The notes under the pieces are model-generated. The model was not told the origin of the DNA. It did not search any database and was given only the letters and a program-made list of their open reading frames with translations. A DNA stretch of 64,000 nt, from assembly GCA_038227175.1 (NCBI GenBank), contig JBBRPZ010000011.1:16182-80181 (forward strand). Reading direction: 5' to 3'. The DNA is from Pyrinomonadales bacterium. Lineage in GTDB: Bacteria; Acidobacteriota; Blastocatellia; Pyrinomonadales; Pyrinomonadaceae. This document shows positions 1-8,800 of the stretch, piece by piece. Numbering within the stretch: the stretch's first letter is position 1; each line of letters opens with the position of its first letter. Both the position numbers and the translations under genes were made by a program.

Positions 1-2278
1 CGACGGTGGCGTCAACATTACCTACGACCGCGGCAAGACGTGGGATTATGCGAATACGATTCCGATCGGACAGTTTTACGAGGTCGGTGCCGATAACGGT
101 ATGCCGTACAAGATCTGCGGCGGTCTTCAGGACAATAATGTGTGGTGCGGGCCGAGTATGTCGTTCAATCCACGTGGAATCACCAACGACGATTGGTACA
201 CGATCGGCGGCGGCGACGGATTTTACGCCCAGCCCGATCCGAACGATACAAATATCGTTTACACCGAATCGCAGGATGGCAATGTGCTTCGCCGAAACAC
301 GTTAACGGGCGAGAATAAGGGCATTCGCCCACAGGAAGACGAAGGCGAAAAGCCTTACCGCTTTCAATGGAATTCGCCGATCGTTATCTCGGCCTACGAT
401 TCGAATACAGTCTACTACGGCGGCAACTTCCTATTTAAATCGACGAATCGCGGCGACGGTTGGACAAAGATTGGCGGCGATCTGACGACTGGCGTCGACC
501 GAAACACTTTGTCCGTGATGGGCAAGGTGCCGGACAAGAATACACGTTCGCGTCATGACGGTGTGCAGAATTACCCCGCGATCACAGCGATCTCAGAGTC
601 GCCCGTGAACAAGAGTGTACTTTGGGTCGGAACCGACGATGGCAACTTACAGGTAACTCGTGATTCGGCGACCTGGAAGAATGTTGTTGACAAGGTCCCG
701 GGACTTGCGAAAGGGACTTATGTTTCGCGAGTTGTCGCTTCGCGTGAAAGCGAGGGTGCGGCGTACGCGACATTTGACGGCCACCGTTCGGGTGATTTCA
801 AGGTTTACGTTTACCGGACCACGGATTTTGGCGAGACTTGGACGTCGATCGGCTCAGGTCTGCCGCAAAATACAGGTATTGTACACGTCATTCGCGAACA
901 CCCTAGAAATACGAGTCTCCTGTTTGTCGGAACTGAGTTCGGCTTGTTCGCTTCGATTGATAAGGGCGCAAATTGGACGCAAATCCGACTGAACCTGCCG
1001 ACGGTGCCGGTTGACGATATTCTAATCCACCCGCGCGACAACGACATGATACTTGGAACCCATGGCCGCTCGATCTGGGTGATGGACGATATCACGCCTC
1101 TGATGCAGATGAATCAAAGCGTTCTCGATAGCAAGCTGTTCCTGTTTGATCCTCGTCAGGCTGTGATGTACCGCACATGGAGTAATAAAGATCTGACCTC
1201 GGATAAGGCTTTTTACGGTCAGAATCCGCCCAGCGGCGGCATTATTAATTTTTATTTGAAAGATAACCTTGCCGACCGCGAAAACATCTCGATCACGATC
1301 CTTGATTCTAAAGGTGCGACGATACGGACGCAGAACTGCACGCGGCCTAATCCACAGGCAGCTGCCGCAGCCGCGGCTGCTCTTGCCGTCGGTCGTCCAG
1401 GTGGCGGTGGAGGGGGTGGAGGAGGAGGCTTCGGATTTGGCGGTGGCGGCGGTGCACAGTGTAACGCGACCAAGGGCGTCAATCGATGGGTTTGGGATCT
1501 TAGAACTCGTCCAGCGGCAGTCCCCGGCGCCACTCCGGGAGCCGAGGGAGCACCGGGCGGTGGCGGTGGTGGTGGCGGTGGCGGAGGTGGATTTGGGGGA
1601 TTTGGAGCACAGGGCTTCCGCGTTGATCCGGGTGACTACACCGTTAAGATCAAGCTTGGCGATACCGAGTTCACAAAATCGATCAGGGTGCTGGAAGATC
1701 CGCGTATCAATTTCTCAATGGAGGATCGTGCCAAAAAACGGGCCGCTCTCAACAAGCTGCAGCCGCTTGTCACGCAGGCGCAGTTAGCGGCGGGACAAAT
1801 CACGGGACTGCGGACAAATCTGGTCGCCGCCATGGATGCTTGGAAACGGCCTGGTGCTACGCCGGTCCCGGACAACGTCAAGAAGGCAGCCGACGATCTT
1901 CTGAAGAAGATCGATGCGATCTATGTAAATTGGGGTACACCTCCCGGAAATGCCAACCCGATCGGCTCGGCCGGACCGCCGTTGGTCGAACTGCCGACGC
2001 CGCTCAGTCAGCGGGTCGCTCGATTATTGGGTGGTATCGAGGGTACCTCAAATGCTCCGACCGATTACGAATTGGCGCAGATCGATCTTCTCTCGAAGCG
2101 GATACCGGGCGCCGCTGATGAGGTACGCAAACTGGTGACAGAAGATCTGGCCGCTCTCAATACGATGATGAACGATGCCAAGATCCCGCATATTCAGCCT
2201 CCAGCGGCCGGATTTGGCGGCGGCGGACGTCGTCCCCCTGTCGATAACGATGATGACCCGGATCGTATCGATCCTTGA
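1..2278 (+). CDS. Sortilin/VPS10-like BNR (Asp-box) beta-propeller repeat protein, 5' end outside window
   Basis: The reading frame is open from nt 2 (DGGVNITYDRGKTWDY...), so the ATG at 101 is internal. Repeated Asp-box-like motifs are present (TNRGDGWTK, TTDFGETWT, IDKGANWT). It is a collinear paralog of the ORF at 43118..46363 (GTHGRSIWVMDD vs GTHGRSFWILDD). It contains two poly-Gly tracts. Confidence 0.8.
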   Translation, partial: DGGVNITYDRGKTWDYANTIPIGQFYEVGADNGMPYKICGGLQDNNVWCGPSMSFNPRGITNDDWYTIGGGDGFYAQPDPNDTNIVYTESQDGNVLRRNTLTGENKGIRPQEDEGEKPYRFQWNSPIVISAYDSNTVYYGGNFLFKSTNRGDGWTKIGGDLTTGVDRNTLSVMGKVPDKNTRSRHDGVQNYPAITAISESPVNKSVLWVGTDDGNLQVTRDSATWKNVVDKVPGLAKGTYVSRVVASRESEGAAYATFDGHRSGDFKVYVYRTTDFGETWTSIGSGLPQNTGIVHVIREHPRNTSLLFVGTEFGLFASIDKGANWTQIRLNLPTVPVDDILIHPRDNDMILGTHGRSIWVMDDITPLMQMNQSVLDSKLFLFDPRQAVMYRTWSNKDLTSDKAFYGQNPPSGGIINFYLKDNLADRENISITILDSKGATIRTQNCTRPNPQAAAAAAAALAVGRPGGGGGGGGGGFGFGGGGGAQCNATKGVNRWVWDLRTRPAAVPGATPGAEGAPGGGGGGGGGGGGFGGFGAQGFRVDPGDYTVKIKLGDTEFTKSIRVLEDPRINFSMEDRAKKRAALNKLQPLVTQAQLAAGQITGLRTNLVAAMDAWKRPGATPVPDNVKKAADDLLKKIDAIYVNWGTPPGNANPIGSAGPPLVELPTPLSQRVARLLGGIEGTSNAPTDYELAQIDLLSKRIPGAADEVRKLVTEDLAALNTMMNDAKIPHIQPPAAGFGGGGRRPPVDNDDDPDRIDP

Positions 2279-2305
2279 GCGGGGTGGAAATCGATCGAAA
2301 AAGAG

Positions 2306-2333
2306 GGCGAAGGATGTTGATCCATCCTTTGCC
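2306..2333 (+). terminator. Possible stem-loop downstream of the sortilin-like CDS
   Basis: ggcgaaggatg / catcctttgcc arms (one G-T) with a 6-nt loop, 28 nt after the stop codon. There is no clean T-tract directly after it. Confidence 0.3.
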
Positions 2334-2416
2334 TTCCTTGCATTTCGAGTTTTTACAGCGCTCCTCATTTGGCAATCGAAATTCCGCCAGCGACCAACAA
2401 CGGATAAAATAGATCA

Positions 2417-3427
2417 ATGCTGAAAATCGATGTTCACACTCACATCCTGCCGAAAGACATTCCAAAATGGAAAGAACAATTTGGTTACGGCGGCTTTATT
2501 GAGCTTGATCATTACAAGCCGAACTGCGCCCGCATGGTGCGTGACGATGGTACGCAATTTCGCGACGTTGACGATAACTGCTGGGATCCGCTAAAACGGA
2601 TCGAGGAATGCGACTTAGCCGACGTCAACGTGCAAGTGCTCTCGACCGTGCCCGTGATGTTTAGTTATTGGTCAAAGCCGAGGGACGGTGCCGAAATCGC
2701 GAGATTTTTAAACGATCATATCGCTGAGATCGTCGCTGAATTTCCGTTTCGTTTTGTCGGCGTCGGCACCGTGCCGATGCAGGATGCCTCGCTCGCCATC
2801 GCGGAACTCGAACGCTGCCAGAGACAGGGCCTCGTTGGCGTCCAGATTGGCACAAACGTAAATCAACTCAATCTTGGCGAACCGCAATTCTTTGAGTTTT
2901 TCGCCGCCTGCGCACGCCTCGGGATGGCCGTATTCGTCCATCCTTGGGAAATGGCGGGCGAGTGTGACATGCAAAAATACTGGCTGCCGTGGCTGGTCGG
3001 CATGCCGGCCGAGGTTTCGCGGGCGATCTGCTCGCTGATCTTTTCTGGCACACTCGAACGGCTGCCAAATTTGCGAATTTGCTTTGCCCATGGCGGCGGA
3101 TCTTTCCCAGCCACCCTGGGTCGTATCGAGCACGGCTTCGATGTTCGACCGGATCTCTGCGCAGTCGACAATCCAGTTAACCCGCGCGAATATTTAGGCA
3201 GAATGTATTTTGATTCGTTGGTACACGATGCCACGGTTTTGAACAATCTGATAGAGCTGGCAGGGGCTGAACATGTTGCTCTCGGGAGCGATTATCCGTT
3301 TCCACTCGGCGAAGCCGAACCGGGTAAATTGATCGCATCGGCCGGTTGCGGCCAAAATACAATGTCGATGCTCTATCATGGGGCGGCATTGAATTGGTTA
3401 GGGATTGACAAGAAAAGGTTTATTTAA
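2417..3427 (+). CDS. 2-amino-3-carboxymuconate-6-semialdehyde decarboxylase (ACMSD, amidohydrolase family)
   Basis: N-terminal KIDVHTHILPKD metal motif. Further matches are FGYGGFIELDH, STVPVMFSYWSKP, KYWLPWLVGMPAE, CFAHGGGSFP, RPDLCAVDNPVNP and DYPFPLGE, which track eukaryotic/bacterial ACMSD along the full length. Confidence 0.9.
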   Translation: MLKIDVHTHILPKDIPKWKEQFGYGGFIELDHYKPNCARMVRDDGTQFRDVDDNCWDPLKRIEECDLADVNVQVLSTVPVMFSYWSKPRDGAEIARFLNDHIAEIVAEFPFRFVGVGTVPMQDASLAIAELERCQRQGLVGVQIGTNVNQLNLGEPQFFEFFAACARLGMAVFVHPWEMAGECDMQKYWLPWLVGMPAEVSRAICSLIFSGTLERLPNLRICFAHGGGSFPATLGRIEHGFDVRPDLCAVDNPVNPREYLGRMYFDSLVHDATVLNNLIELAGAEHVALGSDYPFPLGEAEPGKLIASAGCGQNTMSMLYHGAALNWLGIDKKRFI

Positions 3428-3429
3428 TC

Positions 3430-4692
3430 ATGGAAAAGGAAGTTTCAAACAAAAATTATGCAGAGCAGATGGATGCAACCGATCTCCTGCGAGGCTTTCG
3501 TAAGCGATTTCACATTCCGCGAGGTGCCAATGGCGAAGAGGTTATCTATTTCACCGGCAACTCGCTCGGGCTGATGCCAAAAAGGGCCCGTGGCTACGTC
3601 GAGCAGGAATTGTTGGACTGGGAAACGCTCGGGGTCGAGGCACATGTCAAGGCAAAGACGCCGTGGCTACCGTATCACGAATTCCTAACGGCACAGATGG
3701 CGGCGATCATCGGAGCTAAACCGATCGAGACCATCGTGATGAATGCGCTAACAATCAATCTCCATCTGATGCTCGTATCGTTTTATCGGCCGGATGCGTC
3801 GAGGCGTAAGATCGTGATCGAAAAAGGTGCGTTCCCGTCAGATCAATACGCGGTCGAATCACATATACGCTTTCATGGATATGAGCCGCGAACGGAGTTG
3901 ATCGAGATGTCGCCCCGAGTGGGCGAATCGACATTGCGTACTGAAGACATTGTGGGCCGGATCGAGCGCGATGGCACCGAGATCGCATTGATCCTGCTGG
4001 GCGGCGTTAATTATTACAGCGGACAGGCTTTTGATATGGCTTCGATCACCGAGGCCGGGCATAAGTCGGGAGCGGTCGTTGGGTTTGATCTGGCGCATGC
4101 GGCGGGAAATATCGAGCTGAAAATGCATGACTGGAACGCGGATTTCGCGGCATGGTGTTCGTACAAATATCTCAACGGCGGGCCCGGAGCGGTCGCCGGG
4201 GCGTTTATTCACGAGCGTCATTCGCGTTCGTTCGACCTGCCGCGATTTGCGGGCTGGTGGGGACACGATAAGGAAACACGGTTTCTGATGGGCCCGCAAT
4301 TTCGTCCGATCGCCGGTGCCGAAGGCTGGCAGATCTCAAATCCGCCGATACTACAGATGGCCGCCCTAAGAGCCTCGCTGGAGATTTTTGAAGAGGCCGG
4401 AATGCCCGCATTGGTAGAAAAATCACGCCGCCTCACAGGATACCTTGAACGCCTGATCAACGAGATCGCGGACGGCCGAATTTCGATCATTACGCCGCCG
4501 GATCCGGCGCAGCGAGGCTGTCAGCTTTCGATCTATGTCGGTGACAAAGGGCTGCACGAGCGGATCGTCGCACGCGGCGTCTTTGCCGACTGGCGTGAGC
4601 CAGGCGTGATCCGCGTTGCCCCTGCGCCATTGTATAACTCATTCACTGATGTATTTCGATTTAGCGAGGTACTAAAGGATTGTCTTCGATGA
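3430..4692 (+). CDS. kynU: Kynureninase (PLP-dependent)
   Basis: FTGNSLGLMPK, the PLP-lysine motif CSYKYLNGGPG, FAGWWGH and RVAPAPLYNSF. The start lies 2 nt after the ACMSD stop. Confidence 0.92.
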   Translation: MEKEVSNKNYAEQMDATDLLRGFRKRFHIPRGANGEEVIYFTGNSLGLMPKRARGYVEQELLDWETLGVEAHVKAKTPWLPYHEFLTAQMAAIIGAKPIETIVMNALTINLHLMLVSFYRPDASRRKIVIEKGAFPSDQYAVESHIRFHGYEPRTELIEMSPRVGESTLRTEDIVGRIERDGTEIALILLGGVNYYSGQAFDMASITEAGHKSGAVVGFDLAHAAGNIELKMHDWNADFAAWCSYKYLNGGPGAVAGAFIHERHSRSFDLPRFAGWWGHDKETRFLMGPQFRPIAGAEGWQISNPPILQMAALRASLEIFEEAGMPALVEKSRRLTGYLERLINEIADGRISIITPPDPAQRGCQLSIYVGDKGLHERIVARGVFADWREPGVIRVAPAPLYNSFTDVFRFSEVLKDCLR

Positions 4693-5045
4693 AACTCGGC
4701 AAAATAATGATCTTTGTCTCTAACCTTGCAGCAGCGAAAAATTTTTACCGTGATGTTCTCGGGTTTCCCATTCGCAATGAGTCGGAACGCCGACTCGATT
4801 TCGAACACGATGGCTGTGATTTTGTGGCGTTCAAATGCGAGAAAAATGCTGAAGCTTTGGATTACAGCGAAGTCGCTCGCTCGGGTTTTGTGTTTGAAGT
4901 AAAGTCGGTCGAGGAAACGATGGACAATTTACAAAAGAAAGGCGTCCACTTTTTGCATTCGGTACCCGCCGAGAACGAATTCAGCCGGTACGCTGCTTTT
5001 TCTGACCCTTTCGGCAATGTTCACGAGATATTTGAACGTAGATAG
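4689..5045 (+). CDS. VOC/glyoxalase-bleomycin resistance-dioxygenase fold protein (118 aa)
   Basis: MKLGKIMIFVSNL...FYRDVLGF...FSDPFGNVHEIFE is a typical single-domain VOC pattern. The ATG at 4689 overlaps the kynU stop (ATGA), with AAGGA 9 nt upstream. The TTG at 4680 in the ORF track is less likely. Confidence 0.75.
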   Translation: MKLGKIMIFVSNLAAAKNFYRDVLGFPIRNESERRLDFEHDGCDFVAFKCEKNAEALDYSEVARSGFVFEVKSVEETMDNLQKKGVHFLHSVPAENEFSRYAAFSDPFGNVHEIFERR

Positions 5046-5047
5046 AC

Positions 5048-6505
5048 ATGTCGAAACCCGTGATCATTATTGGGGCAGGATTGGCCGGTTCGCTGCTTGC
5101 GATCAATCTCGCAAAACGCGGGATCGCGGTTGATGTGTACGAATCTCGCGGGGACATGCGGTTCGACGAAGTCGCGGCCGGGCGTTCCATTAATCTCGCC
5201 TTGTCAGATCGCGGGATCGCGGCGCTTCGCGAGGTTGGCATGGACGAATATATGCTTTCCGAGGCAGTGCCGATGTACGGGCGGATGATCCACGCTGTTG
5301 ACGGGCAAACTCGTCTGCTGCCGTATTCTGGTCGAAAGGGCGAATATATCAATTCGGTGTCACGAGCGGGCCTCAATATCGCCCTGATAAACGAGGCCGA
5401 AAAACATGCCGGTGTAACGTTTCATTTCAACGAGCGATGCGTCGATTTTGACTGCAAGACTGGCGAGACTCGATTTTCGCGCGGTGCAGTTGTTTCCGGC
5501 GATACTGTGATCGCGACCGACGGAGCGGGCTCGGCGGTGCGTAATGCTATGCTGCACGGCGGCGTTGAGCGATTTGATTTTTCGCAGACTTGGCTTGAAC
5601 ATGGCTACAAAGAATTGCATATTCCGGCTGCGGGTATTAGGGTTCAACCACCCGCTACCGCAGGTGGTGCTGACCTGGAGAAAAATGCCCTTCACATCTG
5701 GCCGCGGCATAAATTCATGATGATTGCTCTGCCTAATTTTGACGGCAGCTTTACGGGAACTCTGTTTTTGGCGCACGAGTCAGAACCCGCTACGTCAGCG
5801 GAGGGCAAAAACCGTGAGCAAATCTCAACGTCCGCTCCGCGCTCTCACGCAGGCGGTTCTGACAACGCCGCGTTCGACCATCTAGCCGGCGAACGGGACG
5901 TGGTCGACTTCTTTAACCGCGAATTTCCCGACGCGGTTCCACTGATGCCAACTCTCGTGGGAGATTTCTTCGATAACCCCACAGGCAATCTCGGCACGAT
6001 CAAATGTTTCCCTTGGAACGCGGGCGGCAAGGCGCTTCTGCTTGGCGATTCGGCCCATGCGGTTGTGCCGTTTTATGGGCAGGGGATGAACTGTGCTTTC
6101 GAAGATGTCCGCGTGCTCGACCAGCTTATGGTAAAGCATGGAACCGATTGGGAAACCGTTTTCGCGGAATACGGCCAACTTCGTAAAGTAAACACCGACG
6201 CGATCGCCGACATGGCCGAGGAAAATTTCTACGAAATGCGCGACTCGGTCGCCGACCCTGTTTTTGTCCGCAAACGCGAACTCGAAACCAAGCTCGAACA
6301 GACCTATCCCGACTATTTCTCAAAATACTCGATGGTCACATTTCGGCAAGACCTGCCTTATTCGGTCGCAAAGCAACGCGGGAATGCTCAGGACCAGTTG
6401 CTGATGGAGATTTGTGCTGGTGTTAAAAATGTAAGTGATCTCGATCTGAACGACGTTCACGCGAGAATTCTCGGTATAACATACGAAATGAGCAATGACG
6501 ATTGA
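5048..6505 (+). CDS. kmo: Kynurenine 3-monooxygenase (FAD-dependent)
   Basis: GAGLAGS dinucleotide-binding motif, DRGIAALREVGM, LHIWPR..FMMIALPN, VVDFFNREFPDA and GDSAHAVVPFYGQGMNCAFED match KMO. It carries two repeat-derived inserts (see findings). Confidence 0.9.
   Translation: MSKPVIIIGAGLAGSLLAINLAKRGIAVDVYESRGDMRFDEVAAGRSINLALSDRGIAALREVGMDEYMLSEAVPMYGRMIHAVDGQTRLLPYSGRKGEYINSVSRAGLNIALINEAEKHAGVTFHFNERCVDFDCKTGETRFSRGAVVSGDTVIATDGAGSAVRNAMLHGGVERFDFSQTWLEHGYKELHIPAAGIRVQPPATAGGADLEKNALHIWPRHKFMMIALPNFDGSFTGTLFLAHESEPATSAEGKNREQISTSAPRSHAGGSDNAAFDHLAGERDVVDFFNREFPDAVPLMPTLVGDFFDNPTGNLGTIKCFPWNAGGKALLLGDSAHAVVPFYGQGMNCAFEDVRVLDQLMVKHGTDWETVFAEYGQLRKVNTDAIADMAEENFYEMRDSVADPVFVRKRELETKLEQTYPDYFSKYSMVTFRQDLPYSVAKQRGNAQDQLLMEICAGVKNVSDLDLNDVHARILGITYEMSNDD
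5646..5674. repeat. Single-arm copy of the GTCAGAAC-family palindromic element, inside the kmo CDS
   Basis: aaccacccgctaccgcaggtggtGctgac differs by 1 nt from 27556..27584 (aaccacccgctaccgcaggtggtTctgac). It has an internal accacc/ggtggt stem. Confidence 0.85.
5779..5863. repeat. Full-length GTCAGAAC...GTTCTGAC element inside the kmo CDS
   Basis: It starts gtcagaacccgctacgtcagcggagggc and ends cgctctcacgcaggcggttctgac. The termini are inverted and resemble both arms of the 27487..27584 element and of 53929..53995. Confidence 0.7.
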
Positions 6506-7265
6506 TCTCGAAAAACTGGCTTTTTCGATCGATATCTCGATCCCGCTGAGGTTCAACGGGCCGCAGCCGAATGCTTACGGAGTCGAGCCGGCAAGATCGA
6601 AGGCGTGTGAGTCAGGCGACATGGTTGGCGATACGCGGCGAGGGGGCAGCGTTAATTTTGAAAAATACACGCTGATACCGCACTGCAACGGCACCCATAC
6701 GGAATGTGTCGGGCATATCACAAAAGAGCGGACCTCAGTTCGCGATTGTTTGAAAGATGTGTTTATCCCAGCCGTGCTGGTGTCGGTTGAGGCTGAAAAT
6801 GTTGAAGGCGAAAGCGTCTTGACCAAAGCTGGGTTGATGAATGCTATAGGAGCCCTTACTTACGTGCGGGCTACTGACACGAAGCCGATGGCATTGATCG
6901 TAAGGACGCTGCCAAATGATGAGAGCAAACTGACCCGTGTTTATGACGCCGAAAACATCCCGCCGTATTTTGCGTCCCAGGCTATGGAATTTATTGTCGC
7001 AGCAGGTTTTAGGCATCTGCTCGTCGATGTGCCGTCGATCGACCGAATTTTTGATGAAGGAAGACTCACGAACCACCGCATCTTTTGGAACGTGGAACCG
7101 GGCAGCTTTGAAATAAACGCCGCGACCCGAATAAACAGCACGATCACGGAGTTGATCTGCGTCCCAGAAACGGTCGTTGACGGCGAATATTTGTTGAATC
7201 TGCAGATCGCTCCTTTTGAGGCTGATGCCGCGCCGAGCCGTCCGGTACTTTTTAAGATTTATTAA
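6495..7265 (+). CDS. Cyclase-family protein, putative kynurenine formamidase (divergent)
   Basis: HCNGTHTECVGH resembles the HxGTHxDxPxH cyclase/KynB motif, with one extra residue and D>E. It overlaps the kmo stop by 11 nt, so it is in the same operon. Confidence 0.55.
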   Translation: MTIDLEKLAFSIDISIPLRFNGPQPNAYGVEPARSKACESGDMVGDTRRGGSVNFEKYTLIPHCNGTHTECVGHITKERTSVRDCLKDVFIPAVLVSVEAENVEGESVLTKAGLMNAIGALTYVRATDTKPMALIVRTLPNDESKLTRVYDAENIPPYFASQAMEFIVAAGFRHLLVDVPSIDRIFDEGRLTNHRIFWNVEPGSFEINAATRINSTITELICVPETVVDGEYLLNLQIAPFEADAAPSRPVLFKIY

Positions 7266-7403
7266 CGTAAAGACGCAAAGTAAGAAACCTGCGTCCCAGG
7301 AATTTCTCCGCATTTTTTGCACTCGCGTGAAGACCCTGTTTCACACAAAGTTACAGATTTGTTTCTGAAAAGATGCCGAGAAGCAAAGAAAACAGAAGAT
7401 TTT

Positions 7404-7489
7404 TTGCCGCAGATTAACACAGATCTACGCAGATAAGAGCCAGCAAACATTTTTCTGATCTGCGTATATCCGCGTTCATCTGCGGTTAA
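7404..7489. repeat. Word-array hairpin element (gcagat words)
   Basis: Left arm ttgccgcagattaacacagatctacgcagataag. Right arm ctgatctgcgtatatccgcgttcatctgcggttaa, which is its imperfect reverse complement. Confidence 0.8.
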
Positions 7490-7817
7490 ATTTCTTTCTG
7501 CTCTTCTCATCCACTCCAAGTGTTTCTAAGAAGTCGAAAAATTGCCAAGCCTGATCCAATGCGCATCCCGAGAATGTCATACAAGCCGCTGGGTTTTTCA
7601 TCCAATCTGCCCGGTCGAGCGGGTGACCATTCACGCAAGCGGGGAAAGAAGGAAAAACCACTAAGCCGATAAAGTTTTCAAAGATCTAAATATCAGAAGA
7701 ACTAAAATCCCAACACAAAGAAACGCCGCCATGCATCTCAATGTAAAGACAGTATTGCATAGATAAAACATTTTGTCAGGCGCTTTTTTTCTTCTTTTTT
7801 TGATCGGACTGTTTAGG

Positions 7818-8711
7818 TCAAGCGACGGCGTGTTCGATGGCGGCCTTTAGATCAGTGTATTCGAACGCGAATCCGGCGGCGTCCAGTCGCTTAGGCATGA
7901 CCTTTGTGCTTGCAAGCAGCAGGGCGTCACCCATCTCGCCAAAGACCATCGAGACGGCGAATTCGGGCAACGGGATGAACGTGGGGCGGTAGAGAACCTC
8001 CCCAAGCGTTTTTGTAAACTCCTGATTTGTAACGGGATGCGGGCTTACCGAGTTGACGGCTCCGCGGATATTTTCGTTTTCGATGACGTAGTTGATGACC
8101 GCGATATGGTCGTCCATCGAGATCCAGCTCATCCATTGCTTGCCGCTCCCGACCACGCCGCCGACGCCTAGCTTAAACGGCAGCAGCATCGTTCCCAATG
8201 CTCCGCCATCCTTTGATAAAACGATGCCGGTGCGGAGCAAAACGGTTCGGATGCCCGCGTCTTCGGCACGGCGCGATTCGGCTTCCCATTCTTTACAGAC
8301 GCCTGCGAGAAAATTGTCGCCCGCAGCGGATGATTCGGTGACCTCTTCGTCGCCTCGCTCGCCGTAGAATCCGATCGCCGATGATGATACAAACACCTTC
8401 GGCCTGTTTTTGAGTTTCGATATGCCATCGACGACATTTCGCGTCCCGAGCACGCGGCTATCATGGATCGCCTTTTTCTTTTCATCTGTCCAGCGAAGCC
8501 CGCTAACATTTTCGCCCGCCAGATGCACAACGGCGTCGATGCCTTCGAGTTTTTTGGGTTCGGCAAAGCCTTCTTCGATGCTCCATTGGATGTGGTGCTC
8601 GTCCGTCGGCGCTTTTCGCGAGGCGAGCAGCATCTCGTAATCCTGCGCTGCAAAAGACTTTTGAAGCTCCGTCCCGACCAAACCGCTTGCACCTGTGATG
8701 AGTACTTTCAT
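7818..8711 (-). CDS. TIGR01777/YfcH-type NAD-dependent epimerase/dehydratase family protein
   Basis: MKVLITGASGLVG Rossmann start, with C-terminal DUF1731-like GFAFEYTDLKAAIEHA. The longer ORF start at 8768 runs into a repeat element, so ATG 8711 (or 8720) is preferred. Confidence 0.8.
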   Translation of the reverse strand: MKVLITGASGLVGTELQKSFAAQDYEMLLASRKAPTDEHHIQWSIEEGFAEPKKLEGIDAVVHLAGENVSGLRWTDEKKKAIHDSRVLGTRNVVDGISKLKNRPKVFVSSSAIGFYGERGDEEVTESSAAGDNFLAGVCKEWEAESRRAEDAGIRTVLLRTGIVLSKDGGALGTMLLPFKLGVGGVVGSGKQWMSWISMDDHIAVINYVIENENIRGAVNSVSPHPVTNQEFTKTLGEVLYRPTFIPLPEFAVSMVFGEMGDALLLASTKVMPKRLDAAGFAFEYTDLKAAIEHAVA

Positions 8712-8728
8712 ACGAACCATTTTAACAA

Positions 8729-8796
8729 CAGATTTACGCGGATGAACACCGATTATAAGAAAAACCAAATTATCTGCGTCAATCGGCGTTAATCCG
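8729..8796. repeat. Word-array hairpin element
   Basis: cggatgaacaccgatt (8739-8754) pairs with aatcggcgttaatccg (8781-8796). It contains the ttatctgcgtcaatcggcg string, which is also present at 60230-60248. Confidence 0.65.
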
Positions 8797-8800
8797 TTGT

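Noticed and set aside
6-305. 99-aa ORF at the window edge
   Set aside because: It is an alternative frame of the sortilin-like CDS, which is open in frame 2 from nt 2 and matches its paralog.
7262-7661. Two small minus-strand ORFs (85 aa and 61 aa) in the 550-bp gap after the formamidase-like gene
   Set aside because: The 85-aa ORF is mostly translated hairpin element (TADERGYTQIRK.. type peptide). The 61-aa ORF starts at a GTG without a ribosome-binding site and terminates inside the repeat. There is no support for coding, although a small protein cannot be excluded.
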